From Lepidodermella squamata (taxonomy: Eukaryota; Animalia; Gastrotricha): a DNA stretch of 64,000 nt. Location: the NCBI GenBank assembly GCA_047495785.1, contig JBLDXI010000003.1, positions 3,286,001 to 3,350,000 of the forward strand. The letters run 5' to 3'. The notes under the pieces are model-generated. The model was given only the letters and a program-made list of their open reading frames with translations, was not told the DNA's origin and ran no database searches. Below, piece after piece: positions 1 to 11,130 of this stretch (positions within the stretch are counted from its first letter, which is position 1; the number at the start of each line of letters is the position of its first letter). A program made the translations under genes and the position numbers.

Positions 1-625
1 TGACCACATTAAAATCAATAAAGTCTTTAGCGTATCCGTAAAATAGTTCTCAGTATGAATGCATTATAGTTTCTCGAACACTTCGGGATCTAGTGACAGC
101 TGAGGCCATAGTGACGTATCACAGCGTTCGATTAAAATTTCAATTTTATCCTCATTTCATATTTGGAGCCAGTTTATCGGGAAAGTGTCGATGCTTCGTG
201 GATAAAACTTGAAATCAGAGAATTAGCTGGCAACTCTCGTGACCATCATTCAGTTCAACTGCTACTCACTTGAACTTGAAAGGAATGCTACAGAATGCTT
301 TTCAGTCAAGACAGTGAATGAATGCCAAAGACAATCTTGAGTTGTAGCCGGAAACAACATTTGAGGTTTTTCTATTGACTTGGCACTCACTTGAAACGCA
401 ACGCCTGAGTTGAATCGCGGCAGCAGAAATATCATATTTCGCGCAAATTTCAAAAAATGAATAAATGGTTGCGTGAAAATTCCTATTCAATTTATCATTT
501 AGAAACCACTTCAGTTTTCCTATGAGATCGCTTAATCGATAGCATCCGCCCTGCATTTTAGATGCGCATCATATCAAATGCGGAATCAAATCAAATAATC
601 AGGCGAGTTCTTTTGCAAAATTATT

Positions 626-656
626 CCAATTAAGGCCGAAGTCAATGGTATATAAG
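626..656 (+). promoter_or_regulatory. Core promoter of gene A1: CCAATTAAGG element (626-635) plus TATATAAG (649-656)
   Basis: TATA lies ~95 nt upstream of ATG 748. The same CCAATTAAGG occurs upstream of A2 (5254-5263); A3 has TATATAAAA at 7640-7648. Confidence 0.55.
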
Positions 657-747
657 CAGCGAAAATTGGGTTCAAAATTATCAGCTATATTCATTGCTTC
701 GATTTTCGAATTGATAATTTTTCTTCATCCACTTCTCTTGCTCAATA

Positions 748-1251
748 ATGCGTGCTTTCCTCGCCATTGCTGCTGTCGTCCTGCTCGGACTTGGTAACAA
801 ACTTTCAACCTTTTGCCGATAACCTGAAATTCATTTCTGCATTGTTTCAGCTTACTCTGAGGCCAAGGTCTGGAATGTTGAATCGAAAGAAATGCACCGC
901 CACTACGAGAAGAAGGTGAGCGCCTCGGCGAGCCGATCCTTCGAGAACAAGAGGGCTTTCCGCAAGGGACGTGCCTTCCCGATGAAGAAGCGCCACGGCA
1001 AGAAGATGAACAAGCGCCGCGGATCCTTCTCCAAGTCGGTCTCCAAGTCTGTTTCCTACTCGCGGTCCGCCTCGTTCTCCGGCAACCGCTTCGGCAAGAA
1101 CAAGCGATTCGGTGGTCGCAAGTTCGGCAAGCACGGCAAGAACTTCGGCTACGGCCGCAAGGGCGGCAAGTTCGGCCACGGCAAGTTCGGCGGTCGCAAG
1201 GCCAACAAGGGCTCTTACTCCTTCAGCAAGTCCGTCAGCGTCTCCAACTAA
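748..1251 (+). CDS. Family A secreted cationic Lys/Arg/Gly/Ser/Phe-rich protein, copy A1 (148 aa; exons 748-793, 851-1251)
   Basis: Exon 1 encodes hydrophobic signal MRAFLAIAAVVLLGL. A phase-1 GT..AG intron (794-850) joins in frame to ORF 892-1251. AATAAA at 1303. Two near-identical paralogs in the window. Confidence 0.88.
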
Positions 1252-2562
1252 ATTATGATCACAAGAACTTTCCACAATTGATGAATTACCATTGTCATCA
1301 GAAATAAATAACTATTTTAAACTCCTAACCATATCGAGATTCTTGAAATTCATTTACGCTGCGGTTGCTAGCCTTTCACGGACCTTACTGTTGGCGAAGG
1401 ACGTCGTATCAATGACAACAAGAACTTTACACCACTGATGAATACTCATCAGAAATCAGTGAAAATACGAGCTACGCCTATTTGAATTAATTGGACAAAT
1501 AATATTCTCAAGGTTTCGAGATTTTCGAGACGCAGCCCGTGCATTTTTTTAACCTAATCATAAAAGATGTTTATTATTGTTGGCGCAAAGTTGACACAAT
1601 CGAATTTTGTATTTTCGCGGGCCCCATTGATAAAGCCAGGCATCATTTCACTTGGCTAGACTTTTAAAATGATAGCTAATATCTACACCAAGTATCTCGA
1701 TCACACGGCGTTATCAGGCATAGAATTACAGGCATTTCGATAGCGTCGTTGAATAACTCTGATTCTACCCAGTGGCCGGAGAAGTAGTTGGCTTGCTTAT
1801 GAGGTAATCCTTTTTAAAATGTTACTGACATAAATTCATCATTCGACATTTTGTATAGGAACCATAATCGGCTCTTTTTTATTCATCTTTGCTCATGAAT
1901 CAGTAGTCCTTGCCGAGAATTACACGCGATCCCAAATTGTCCTTTCAATTGAAGCCGTGATCCATCTTAGGTGAATAATTTATTATGAAAAAGTCCGAAG
2001 AACGTCTGCAAATGTAACGCGTGATATGAGCTTCAAAACAGCCATGCCACCTACGCCGTTCAAAATTCAAGATTTACCTTTGAAATTTGGGTAGAAAAGA
2101 TTTTGCTTGTTTTCCTTTGTCCTAATTCGAGAAAAAAATTATAAAATAAACTATGATAAACGACGGATCAGATAGAATAAAATAGGTTTTTGCCGGGTGC
2201 CTATATTATCGTGAAAATGAAAAAATGAAAAGGCTCAAAAATTCGAAACGATATTTAAAAAGGGCAAAAATACAGGTTAGGACGATTTACCATTTCGGAC
2301 AAAAAATTAAAAAAAAATAAACCACAGACGAAAAACAACAAATGACACGGTCAGTTTCGAACCACAATCACGCGATTTGTATGAAGTTGACATGGAAAAT
2401 AATAAAAATAAGCAAGTCGCACGCGCGACCAGTCGCCCTCATACGCAACAGGTATGCGGATAGCAGGCAAACAAGGCTTTAAAAGCTGGTCTCAAAATCG
2501 GAAATGTATCATTCCAATCCGTTGCCTCTTCTCTATTTCATTTCTCTCCCTGAACTATCAAG

Positions 2563-3397
2563 ATGCGTTTAACCCTCGTCGCAGCTGCTGCCGCTCTGTT
2601 CTGCATCGGTACAAGTTTATTTTTGTTATGACTGGTTTCAAAAGTAATTTTCGTCGTCCATAGTTGCCGTTTCGGCGAACGACGCGTCCGCCTCTGTGAA
2701 CAAGAAGGAGGCCTCCGCTTCGGCTGGCGTCGACAAGGCTCGTCATGGCGATCTGATCGGCCGCAAACACGGTCGCGGTTTCGGCTTCCATGGCCGCCGT
2801 CGTGGCAACTACGCTTCTGCCTCGGTTAACAAGAACTCTGCTTCCGCTTCAGCTGGCAATGGCGGCCGTCGTGGTGGTCGCTTCTTCGGCCACAAGGGTC
2901 GTCGTGGTGGCAACTTCGCCTCGGCTTCCGTCAACAAGAACTCCGCCTCCGCCTCGGCTGGCTCCAACAAGGGCCGCAAGGGATTCGGCCGTCGCCACCA
3001 CGCTGGTCGCTACTTCGGCCACGGTCGCCGCCATGGAAGAAACTTTGCTTCCGCCTCGGTTAACAAACGCTCCGCTTCGGCCGCTGCCGGCAACTTCCGC
3101 GGCCGCCGTGGTCATGGCAACTTCTTCGACCGTCGTCACGGTGGTCGTCGCGGTGGCAACTTCGCCTCGGCTTCTGTCAACAAGAACTCTGCCTCCGCCT
3201 CGGCTGGTAACTTCGGCAAGCGCGGTGGATTCAAGCACGGCCGTCGCGGATTCCACGGCAAGGGAAAAGGCAAGGGCAAGCACGGTCGCCGCTTCGGTCA
3301 TCATGGTCGTCGTGGTTCCCGCTCTTCCCGTTCCTCCCGCTCATCGGCCTCATCCCGCTCGTCTCGCTCGTCCTTCAAGGGTCGTCGCCACCATTGA
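2563..3397 (+). CDS. Family B secreted Arg/Gly/His-rich protein with repeated ASASVNKNSASASAG blocks, copy B1 (259 aa; exons 2563-2608, 2664-3397)
   Basis: Signal exon MRLTLVAAAAALFCI, phase-1 intron 2609-2663, in frame with ORF 2696-3397. Three paralogs share the structure. Confidence 0.88.
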
Positions 3398-3571
3398 ATA
3401 ATTATATACGAGACATGAACCTGTGAGAGAGAAAATGATTGTGAAAGTTCATTTTTTCTGACTTCATGTATATTTATTTTTCAATCGTGACAGTCGTCGA
3501 AAGATCTATAATCGCAAAATCTTAAAATCCCTGTTTACCTATTTTTTTTATTTAGAATTATTAATCTCAAA

Positions 3572-4807
3572 ATGCGTGTCTACCTCGCTCTCGCTGTGAT
3601 TATCCTGCTTGCCGCTACCGGTAATTTCATGCCATCTCATCTTTTAAGCATTGTTAGTTTTGATATTTTCAATGTAGTCTCTGCCGGCGGTAAGGGCAAA
3701 GGTGCCAAGAAAGGTGGCAACAAAAAGGAAGCTTCGTTCTCTGCCTCGGTTGACCAACGCGACACCTACGACCGCAAGTCCGCCTCTGCTGAGCAGGAAT
3801 CCGCTGCCGTCGACTACGCCTCGGCCGATGCTTCCCACAACAAGAAGACCAGCGACAAGCGCAAGCTGATCAAGACCCGATCGGCCAGCCGCGAACGCGC
3901 CTCGGCCAGCTACGAATCTGCCGGCAAGCGCGATTCCGCCTACGACCAGAAGAAATCGAAGGCTGGCAGCAAGCGCCACGGCCGCGTTGTCCGCAAGAGC
4001 GACTCGGCTGCCTCCGCCAAGCACGACAACGCCTACGCCGACTCTGGCGCCGCCGCCGCTGCCCAGAAGCACAAGCGCAACAAGAAGCACGGCCGTGCCG
4101 ACCACAAGCGCAAGGCTGCTTTCCAGAAGGACCAGGCCCGCGACAAGGCCGGCGAGGTTATCGAGTTCAAGAAGAAGACCTTCACCGACAAGGGCCACAA
4201 CAAGGTCAACAAGTTCAGCTTCGAGTCCGGCTCGCAAGAGTTCGCCAAGGCCGACTCTGATGGTGCTGCGACCACTGCCACCCGCAAAAAGACCGCCAAG
4301 AAGGCCCAAGGCAAGAAGTCCCGCAAGGCCCACTCTGCCGACTACGCCTCCCGCGACTCGAAGGCCTCTGCTGCCGCTGCCTCGAAGAAGGCGAAGCGCA
4401 ACAAGGCCCACAAACGCCGCGCCTCGGCTTCCGTTGCTCGCGCTTCTCACAACGCCCGCGACTACAAGACCAGCAACAAGAAGACCTCCGTCTCCGACTC
4501 TGCTCACACCCGCAAGGCTGGAGCCAAGTATGGCCGCAAACGCGCCTCCGCCTCGGCTGAGCGTGCCACCCACGATTTCGCTGCATCTGTCTCTGGCAGC
4601 TACCAAGAACAAAAGAGCGCCAGCGCCAAGAAGGCCAGCCACAGCGCTGCTAAGGGCAAGAAGGCTTCCAAGAAGGGTGGCAAGAAGGGCGGTAAAAAGG
4701 AAGGAAAGAAGTCCGGCAAGAAAGAAGGCAAAAAGGGCGGAAAGAAGACCGAAAAGAAGGGCGGCTACAACAAGGCGTCTTCAGCCGGTCATAGCTACAC
4801 CTACTAA
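3572..4807 (+). CDS. Family C secreted Lys/Ala/Ser-rich protein, copy C1 (~392 aa; exons 3572-3620, 3678-4807)
   Basis: Signal MRVYLALAVIILLAAT. A 57-nt GT..AG intron (3621-3677) is hidden inside the ORF, at the same position as in paralogs. Conserved SASVDQRDTYDRKSASAE, KKGG repeats, C-terminal YTY, downstream AATAAA. Confidence 0.88.
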   Translation: MRVYLALAVIILLAATGNFMPSHLLSIVSFDIFNVVSAGGKGKGAKKGGNKKEASFSASVDQRDTYDRKSASAEQESAAVDYASADASHNKKTSDKRKLIKTRSASRERASASYESAGKRDSAYDQKKSKAGSKRHGRVVRKSDSAASAKHDNAYADSGAAAAAQKHKRNKKHGRADHKRKAAFQKDQARDKAGEVIEFKKKTFTDKGHNKVNKFSFESGSQEFAKADSDGAATTATRKKTAKKAQGKKSRKAHSADYASRDSKASAAAASKKAKRNKAHKRRASASVARASHNARDYKTSNKKTSVSDSAHTRKAGAKYGRKRASASAERATHDFAASVSGSYQEQKSASAKKASHSAAKGKKASKKGGKKGGKKEGKKSGKKEGKKGGKKTEKKGGYNKASSAGHSYTY

Positions 4808-5371
4808 GCGAATATCGCCAAATTATTTTTGATTGCGATTTTGACGATCTACAAACATATTTGTGATTGTGATTTCTCAATTAACGAAATGAAATAAATC
4901 AAGAGATTAGTACTCATGGTATCTTTTGTTCGGGTTCACCCAAAGAAAGGAAGTCATCATTTCTTGCTACAGAATGTTCAAAATTTGCGTAATGAACACC
5001 GGGTATCATGAAGTTGCCATGAAGTTAACTAGTGACTAGTGTGCTAAAAAGTGCATACACTGGACTCATGGCTAGTTCGTAAATTAATATGAGGATGAAG
5101 GAAAGTAAAAACTCCGACTTCATGTTATTATTGATCGAGTTTCATTTCGGGTTTCAGAAATAGCGATATTCTGGCCAGCGACATCTACTATAATTCGCTC
5201 AGCATTTCAAATGCGTATGCTGGATGACAGAGGCGAAGTATTCCTCAATTATTCCAATTAAGGCCCGGAGCCATAAAAGCAGCGAAAATGCCTTTCAAAA
5301 TCATCAGCCATCTCTCGCTTCGATTTTCAATTAACAGTTTTCCTTCAACCACTTGGTTTGTTTAACAAACA

Positions 5372-5871
5372 ATGCGTGCCTCCCTCGCCATTGCAGTTGT
5401 CGTCCTGCTCGGCCTTGGTATAACCTATTTATCAATTTTGCCGATAACCTGAAATTCACTATTGTTTCAGCTTACTCTGAGGCCAAGGTGTGGAATGTTG
5501 AATCGAAAGAAATGCACCGCCACTACGAGAAGAAGGTGAGCGCCTCGGCGAGCCGCTCCTTCGAGAACATGAAGGCTTTCCGCAAGGGACGTGCCTTCCC
5601 GATGAAGAAGCGCCACGGCAAGAAGATGAACAAGCGCCGCGGATCCTTCTCCAAGTCGGTCTCCAAGTCTGTTTCCTACTCGCGGTCCGCTTCGTTCTCC
5701 GGCAACCGCATTGGCAAGAACAAGCGATTCGGTGGTCGCAAGTTCGGCAAGCACGGCAAGAACTTCGGCTACGGCCGCAAGGGCGGCAAGTTCGGCCACG
5801 GCAAGTTCGGCGGCCGCAAGGCCAACAAGGGCTCGTACTCCTTCAGCAAGTCCGTCAGCGTCTCCAACTAA
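5372..5871 (+). CDS. Family A copy A2 (exons 5372-5417, 5471-5871)
   Basis: Same exon structure as A1; exon 2 almost identical to A1. Confidence 0.87.
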
Positions 5872-5984
5872 ACTAAAACTCAAAGTGCTAAATTATGATT
5901 ATGAATCAATCGTGAATTGTATTCGCTTTTCATGAATAAAATCGCGAAAGTTCAATGCGCAATCCTCGTTTTGGTTAATGTCGG

Positions 5985-6262
5985 TCAAAGTCGGTCTCCA
6001 CGTCTGTTTCCTACTCGAGGTCCGCCTCGTACTCGGGTGTTCGTCATGGCAAGCGCAACAACCGATTCGGTGCTCGCAAATACGGCAGGAACCACGGCAA
6101 GAAGGGCGGCAAGGGGGAAATAACTTTGGCAACAACTACGGCCACAATTTCGGCAACAAGTACCGCCATAATTTCTCCAACAAATTGGGCCACAACTTCG
6201 GCGGTCACAAGGCCAACAAGGGCTCGTACTCCGTCAGCAAGTCGGTCAGCGCCTCTAACTAA
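5985..6262 (+). pseudogene. Degenerate 3' fragment of a family A-like gene
   Basis: Begins with a match to aagtcggtctcc..tctgtttcctactcg and ends GGHKANKGSYSVSKSVSASN*. Frame-disrupted, with no signal exon. Confidence 0.7.
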
Positions 6263-6546
6263 ACAATTTGGCGAATGAAAATAATTGTGAAATTGGAAAA
6301 TATTTTTATGAATGAATTTCTGAAAATAAATTATGCAGATAATAATATTTATTTCTCGCCGAGAAATAAAAATCAGTAAAATATGGATAAATTAAACTCA
6401 CTAGCTTGATAGGTTTCAATAAGAAAATGGTCATAAATTTTCGATTTCACCTGTAAACAAATCATCGAAGGTTGGAAAAGTTAGATATTGAGTCAGCGAA
6501 TATAGCTTAATGTAGTTATGATGCATTTTGAACATCTTCGGTTTAC

Positions 6547-6999
6547 TCAAGTCGAAGGCTCAGGATTAGAGAAACCGGGTGCGATTTCGTTCATCTGATC
6601 CTGGGTCAGAATTTTCGAAGCCGTTATCTCTTGGAAATAGCTTTGTATCGCATGTTCAACGGCTCCTTTTCGGCTGGCCCAGCCGCGAGACTCGGTAGTA
6701 TGACCCGGCCACAGCTTCGGGCAGGTGAACTGACCGTCCCAGACCCATTGAAAGGTTCTAATCCTTCCCTTGTAATTTGCCGTGCAGTCATAGGATCCAA
6801 TCTTGTATGACTGTCCGTCGGACCACTGGTGCAGGTTATACACAGCAGTTCCTAATCCGATCCCACATTGGATCCAGTTTTGTTGAATACACGCAGAAAG
6901 GTCGACCTTGACCGAACCAATTTGGGCCGAACCAGCTTGCGCCGAACCAACCGCAGCGCAAATGGATAGAACACTGGCAATCGCGAGGATAGAATGCAT
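6547..6999 (-). CDS. Anti-lipopolysaccharide factor (ALF)-like secreted antimicrobial protein (150 aa, single exon)
   Basis: Signal peptide. C-x20-C loop CTANYKGRIRTFQWVWDGQFTC followed by PKLW, then SRKGAVEHAIQSYF..KILTQ, matching the ALF layout of LPS-binding hairpin plus C-terminal helices. Confidence 0.75.
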   Translation of the reverse strand: MHSILAIASVLSICAAVGSAQAGSAQIGSVKVDLSACIQQNWIQCGIGLGTAVYNLHQWSDGQSYKIGSYDCTANYKGRIRTFQWVWDGQFTCPKLWPGHTTESRGWASRKGAVEHAIQSYFQEITASKILTQDQMNEIAPGFSNPEPST

Positions 7000-7741
7000 C
7001 GTCACGTAAAAAAATGAGTTGAAAGTGAAATTTCGACCAACAACGCCTGGATTTAAGTATAGTTTACATGAGTTTACATATAGGCTGAAGTAAGCATCAA
7101 CAGCATCATAGCCTCCGCAGTAATCACCACACGCTGTCAGGTGTATCTTACCCTGTATAGCAGTAGGGAGAGTTATAAATTGTGATTCATATTAAACAAC
7201 AATTTTTTGCCTCAACAAGCTTCCGCATTGACGACTTTCATCGGATAAAAATGAATTATGAAAATTATGAAAAAATCAACGAGATGAAATTTTAATGTCC
7301 TGATTGGAAATCCTATACCTAAAATAAGCTAACCTTACCTACTCGCAATTTTCAGAAATTTTAATTGCGATAAATTCAATGTTACTTATGAGAAGAAGTC
7401 ATCAAGATCCACGGCTGATGATCGACTCCCGAAATACCCTGCGAAATATCGGTGCGAATTTTTGAATTTGTGACCTCGGTTAACATGGAGATTTCTGTTT
7501 TTCCATTGTCGTGTAATGGGCTTGGAAATGGGAGCCTTGAAAAAATAATTGATGCGAATTGGGCTGATCGCATGCAAACCTTATTTTTCCTAATTGGAGC
7601 AATTAGAGCCATATTACTAGCGCAATAAGAGCAGTGATGTATATAAAAGCGGCGATTTTAGTTTAAACATCATCAGCCATTCATCCAAGCGATTTTCAAT
7701 AAATCAAAAATATTTTCCGAGTCTCACTCCCCTCTACAATA

Positions 7742-8243
7742 ATGCGCGCTTTCCTCGCTGTTGCTGTTGTCGTCCTGCTCGGACTTGGTAATATAGCTTC
7801 CGAATCGATTTCGCCATTATTCCATTATTTCCATTATTTTAGCTTACTCCGAGGCCAAGGTCTGGAATGTTGAATCGAAAGAAATGCATCGCCACTACGA
7901 GAAGAAGGTGAGCGCCTCGGCGAGCCGCTCCTTCGAGAACATGAAGGCTTTCCGCAAGGGACGTGCCTTCCCGATGAAGAAGCGCCACGGCAAGAAGATG
8001 AACAAGCGCCGCGGATCCTTCTCCAAGTCGGTCTCCAAGTCTGTTTCCTACTCGCGGTCCGCCTCGTTCTCCGGCAACCGCTTCGGCAAGAACAAGCGAT
8101 TCGGTGGTCGCAAGTTCGGCAAGCACGGCAAGAACTTCGGCTACGGCCGCAAGGGTGGCAAATTCGGCCACGGCAAGTTCGGCGGGCGCAAGGCCAACAA
8201 GGGCTCGTATTCCTTCAGCAAGTCCGTCAGCGTCTCCAACTAA
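7742..8243 (+). CDS. Family A copy A3 (exons 7742-7787, 7843-8243)
   Basis: Same structure as A1/A2; TATA at 7640; AATAAA downstream. Confidence 0.88.
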
Positions 8244-10815
8244 ATTATGATCACAAGAACTTTGCATCATTGAGAAATCATGAGTAAATTATCATCAGAA
8301 ATAAAAAATGAGATTTAATGATGTCATACCTTTTTATTCAATTTGTAATTTTGACAAAATTTTCCAGAAATTTCTTGCAAGAAACAGCGGCGAGCGAAAT
8401 TTACACATGCCGCGCTTTTACCCTTCTTTTTTAGTTAGCCCGACCTGCCCGAGCTGGATGCTGCCCATGCAGCTTTTTGTCCTTCTCGCATGCATTTACA
8501 GCGTGAAAGAAAAGCTGAGCAACCATCTTATATTTTTGCAACTTTATGTCGAAATTTAACCAATGTTTGACATTAGACTCACCGCTTTCCGGGAGAGATT
8601 ATTGACCGAAAAAATGCACGAGATGACGTCTTATTTGTGATAAGCCTATTTATATTATCAAGTTCATACCATCGAGAATTTCATTCGGCTAAATTATACA
8701 GTGTTTATTATTTCACATAAAAAGATGACATAAAAGTATTTCATTTGACCAGACGTGTAAAATGATGGCTAATATCGGCACCACGTAGATCGATCGCCCG
8801 GCGTTCTCAGGCATAGAATCACAGGCATTGAATGTCGCCGGTAGATGTGTTGTTTTGAAGGCAGGTTGCGCGTCTTGTAGCGGACGGAAAGCTCGATGAG
8901 GTACTCGGCTAATTTCGGAAACCAAGAATTCGACATATTTAGTAACGAAAATGAGTGTAATTACAACGATTTCCCAGTCTTTTATATCGAGAAGGGGTGA
9001 CTGATTGTATAGCTATTGTAAGTATATTAGATTACCAGCGTGTATCAAGGCCTAAGACAAAACAGTACGAGAATTGCAGCGTAACCTCCAGACGGGCCAG
9101 TTGTAATCTCACGCAATTTGTTGCTTCAGTTTATTAGCGGGGGTATACATTCCTCTAAATGACAGGTTCTAATATTTTTTGTACGATCTAGACATGATAT
9201 TATTGATATTAATGACGCAGGTCTCGCTATAATCTGGGTAAAAAGGTCATTTTTCGCAAAACAAGACAGTAAGAATTAAAAAAACTGAGAATTTTGTTTT
9301 CGCGAGTTGTCTCAAAGTGTCGTTGTGACCTATTACTCTCATTTCTTGTGGGCGGTATCGAATGTAAATTGTAAGGCCGAAAATCTTTAGCGTCGTTGAA
9401 TAACTCGGTTTTAAGGCGATAGGTGCCGAGAAAGTGGCGTTTCTTACGTGAATGAAGAGGCAAAACAAGTATTACCTGTTACCTGTCACCATGAAGCTTA
9501 AAAAACCTGCTTAAAACCGAAAATGATGGCTATGTGACGGCATCAATCCCTGGATTCGACAGAAAATGAGGGCAGTTTCGATTACAGGTAATTAAATGTT
9601 TTTTAAGTGGCAAATGTACGCTGTACGGTGTAAATCTACTGCGATTATTAGCAGGGCAAATTAAACAATTTAGCTCAATTTCCCTGTGCAAAAAGAACCT
9701 GACAAAATTACTAAAACGCACTAGTTCTCAACCTTTTTTCAATATTGGACCCAGCAGCCGTTCACATTTTTCATAGGCTCTCCCAGGTCACCCGTAGAGT
9801 CTTCAGCCTTCAGATATTGTTCATGGTTTCCCGTATTTACCCGCCTGTCCAAGTTCTTGGGTCTCAAGAGGCGATTGGGCCAAAAAGCAAAATTAATTGC
9901 TCGAACTCGAATATTTCAAGGCATTTCAGCATATCAGCTGGATTTCAGGGCTGACCGTATATGGGCTAAGTAATTCAAGAAAATGAACCGGAAAAATACG
10001 CAGAAAGAGTGGAAAGAGTCATATTGTCGCCAGCCTCGCCAGCTTTGAATTCTGACGCATTTTCAAAACTCTGAAAAATAGCTTTACAGCAGTAAAATAT
10101 CGGAAAAATATGATATCAGATTGATTTTGCGAACTTGACTAACATTACATTTATTCAACTACTGCATTATTAACACTGACCATGAATTCGTAAAATTATG
10201 GAACCACTTGAAAGACCCCTTCGCGACCAAAAGTCAAATGCCAGAATCATAATTATTGATCGATTGGCCAATCAGCCAAGGTCACATTAACCCCAATAAC
10301 CAATAACTATTATTATGAGCATAATAAGACCACTTAAATTAACCTGGAAAATATTGTCATGATATTGCCAGCCTTTTTCGTGTAACTTCTCTTCGGGTTG
10401 AAAGAAGATCGCTGGATCGATTTTAAATGCGGAGAGCTAATGCGGAAACATCCCTCGATTCAATCAACAAAACATACACATCCTGAATCCTGATACGTGA
10501 TAATAACAGACATGCCAAATCTTCCTGTTGAGGAAAAGCACGATGGCATAGCGGAAACATCGGAAACGTCTTACCTTAAAGCCATTAGCATCGAATCTTA
10601 ACCAGTCATTGGATATCTTCAAGGAAATCGTATGACGTCTGAGCGCGATGAAAGTGGGCGCGTAAAAGGGAGATTGAGCGAAATAGCTCGGAGATCTTCC
10701 CATGAGTAGTCATCAACTCCTTATTTTGCACTTTTAATTTGCAAAACATTAAGCGTTAATTTCAAATCCTTTCATGCAAGCCCTTGAGAATAAGACAGAT
10801 GATGTGCTTATAACA

Positions 10816-10992
10816 GTGGCTTTTACACCTTACACCTGCTTTTATTTTTCGGTTTTACCGCGGTTTTTTCTGCTTCGTATCAGAAGAGGTGGCTGGAAGA
10901 GTCTATATTACGTAATTAACCACAACGTTTGCCACGGAGCGGAAAGAAACTGCGGTTAAAAACCGACAAATAAAAGTCAGTGTAAAAGCCAC
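10816..10992. mobile_element. Short foldback/MITE-like element with imperfect ~50-bp inverted arms
   Basis: gtggcttttacac...ttttatttttcggttttaccgcgg pairs with ctgcggttaaaaaccgacaaataaaagtcagtgtaaaagccac. No TSD established. Confidence 0.5.
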
Positions 10993-11130
10993 CAATATCG
11001 TTAGCGTCGTTGAAAGACTCGGATTCAAGTTTAAGCTTATTTATTTGGGCGACAAGTGAAAACATGAATGACTTCATAATTGTCACCTAGAATCCAGACT
11101 CATTTCGCTTAAAATATCACCTAGGCTATT

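Noticed and set aside
3572-4807. Histone H1 or protamine identity for the Lys/Ala- and Arg-rich proteins
   Set aside because: Only the composition is similar. All copies have signal peptides and no winged-helix globular domain.
847-4832. Long antisense and alternate-frame ORFs over A, B and C genes (also at 33.2-34, 37.2-38.5 and 57-61.4 kb)
   Set aside because: They are shadows of biased, GC-rich repetitive codons. Signal exons, splice sites and TATA/polyA signals support only one frame.
5353-5470. N-terminus of the 172-aa ORF (MVCLTNN...)
   Set aside because: It reads exon 1 out of frame and runs through the intron; the true start is ATG 5372.
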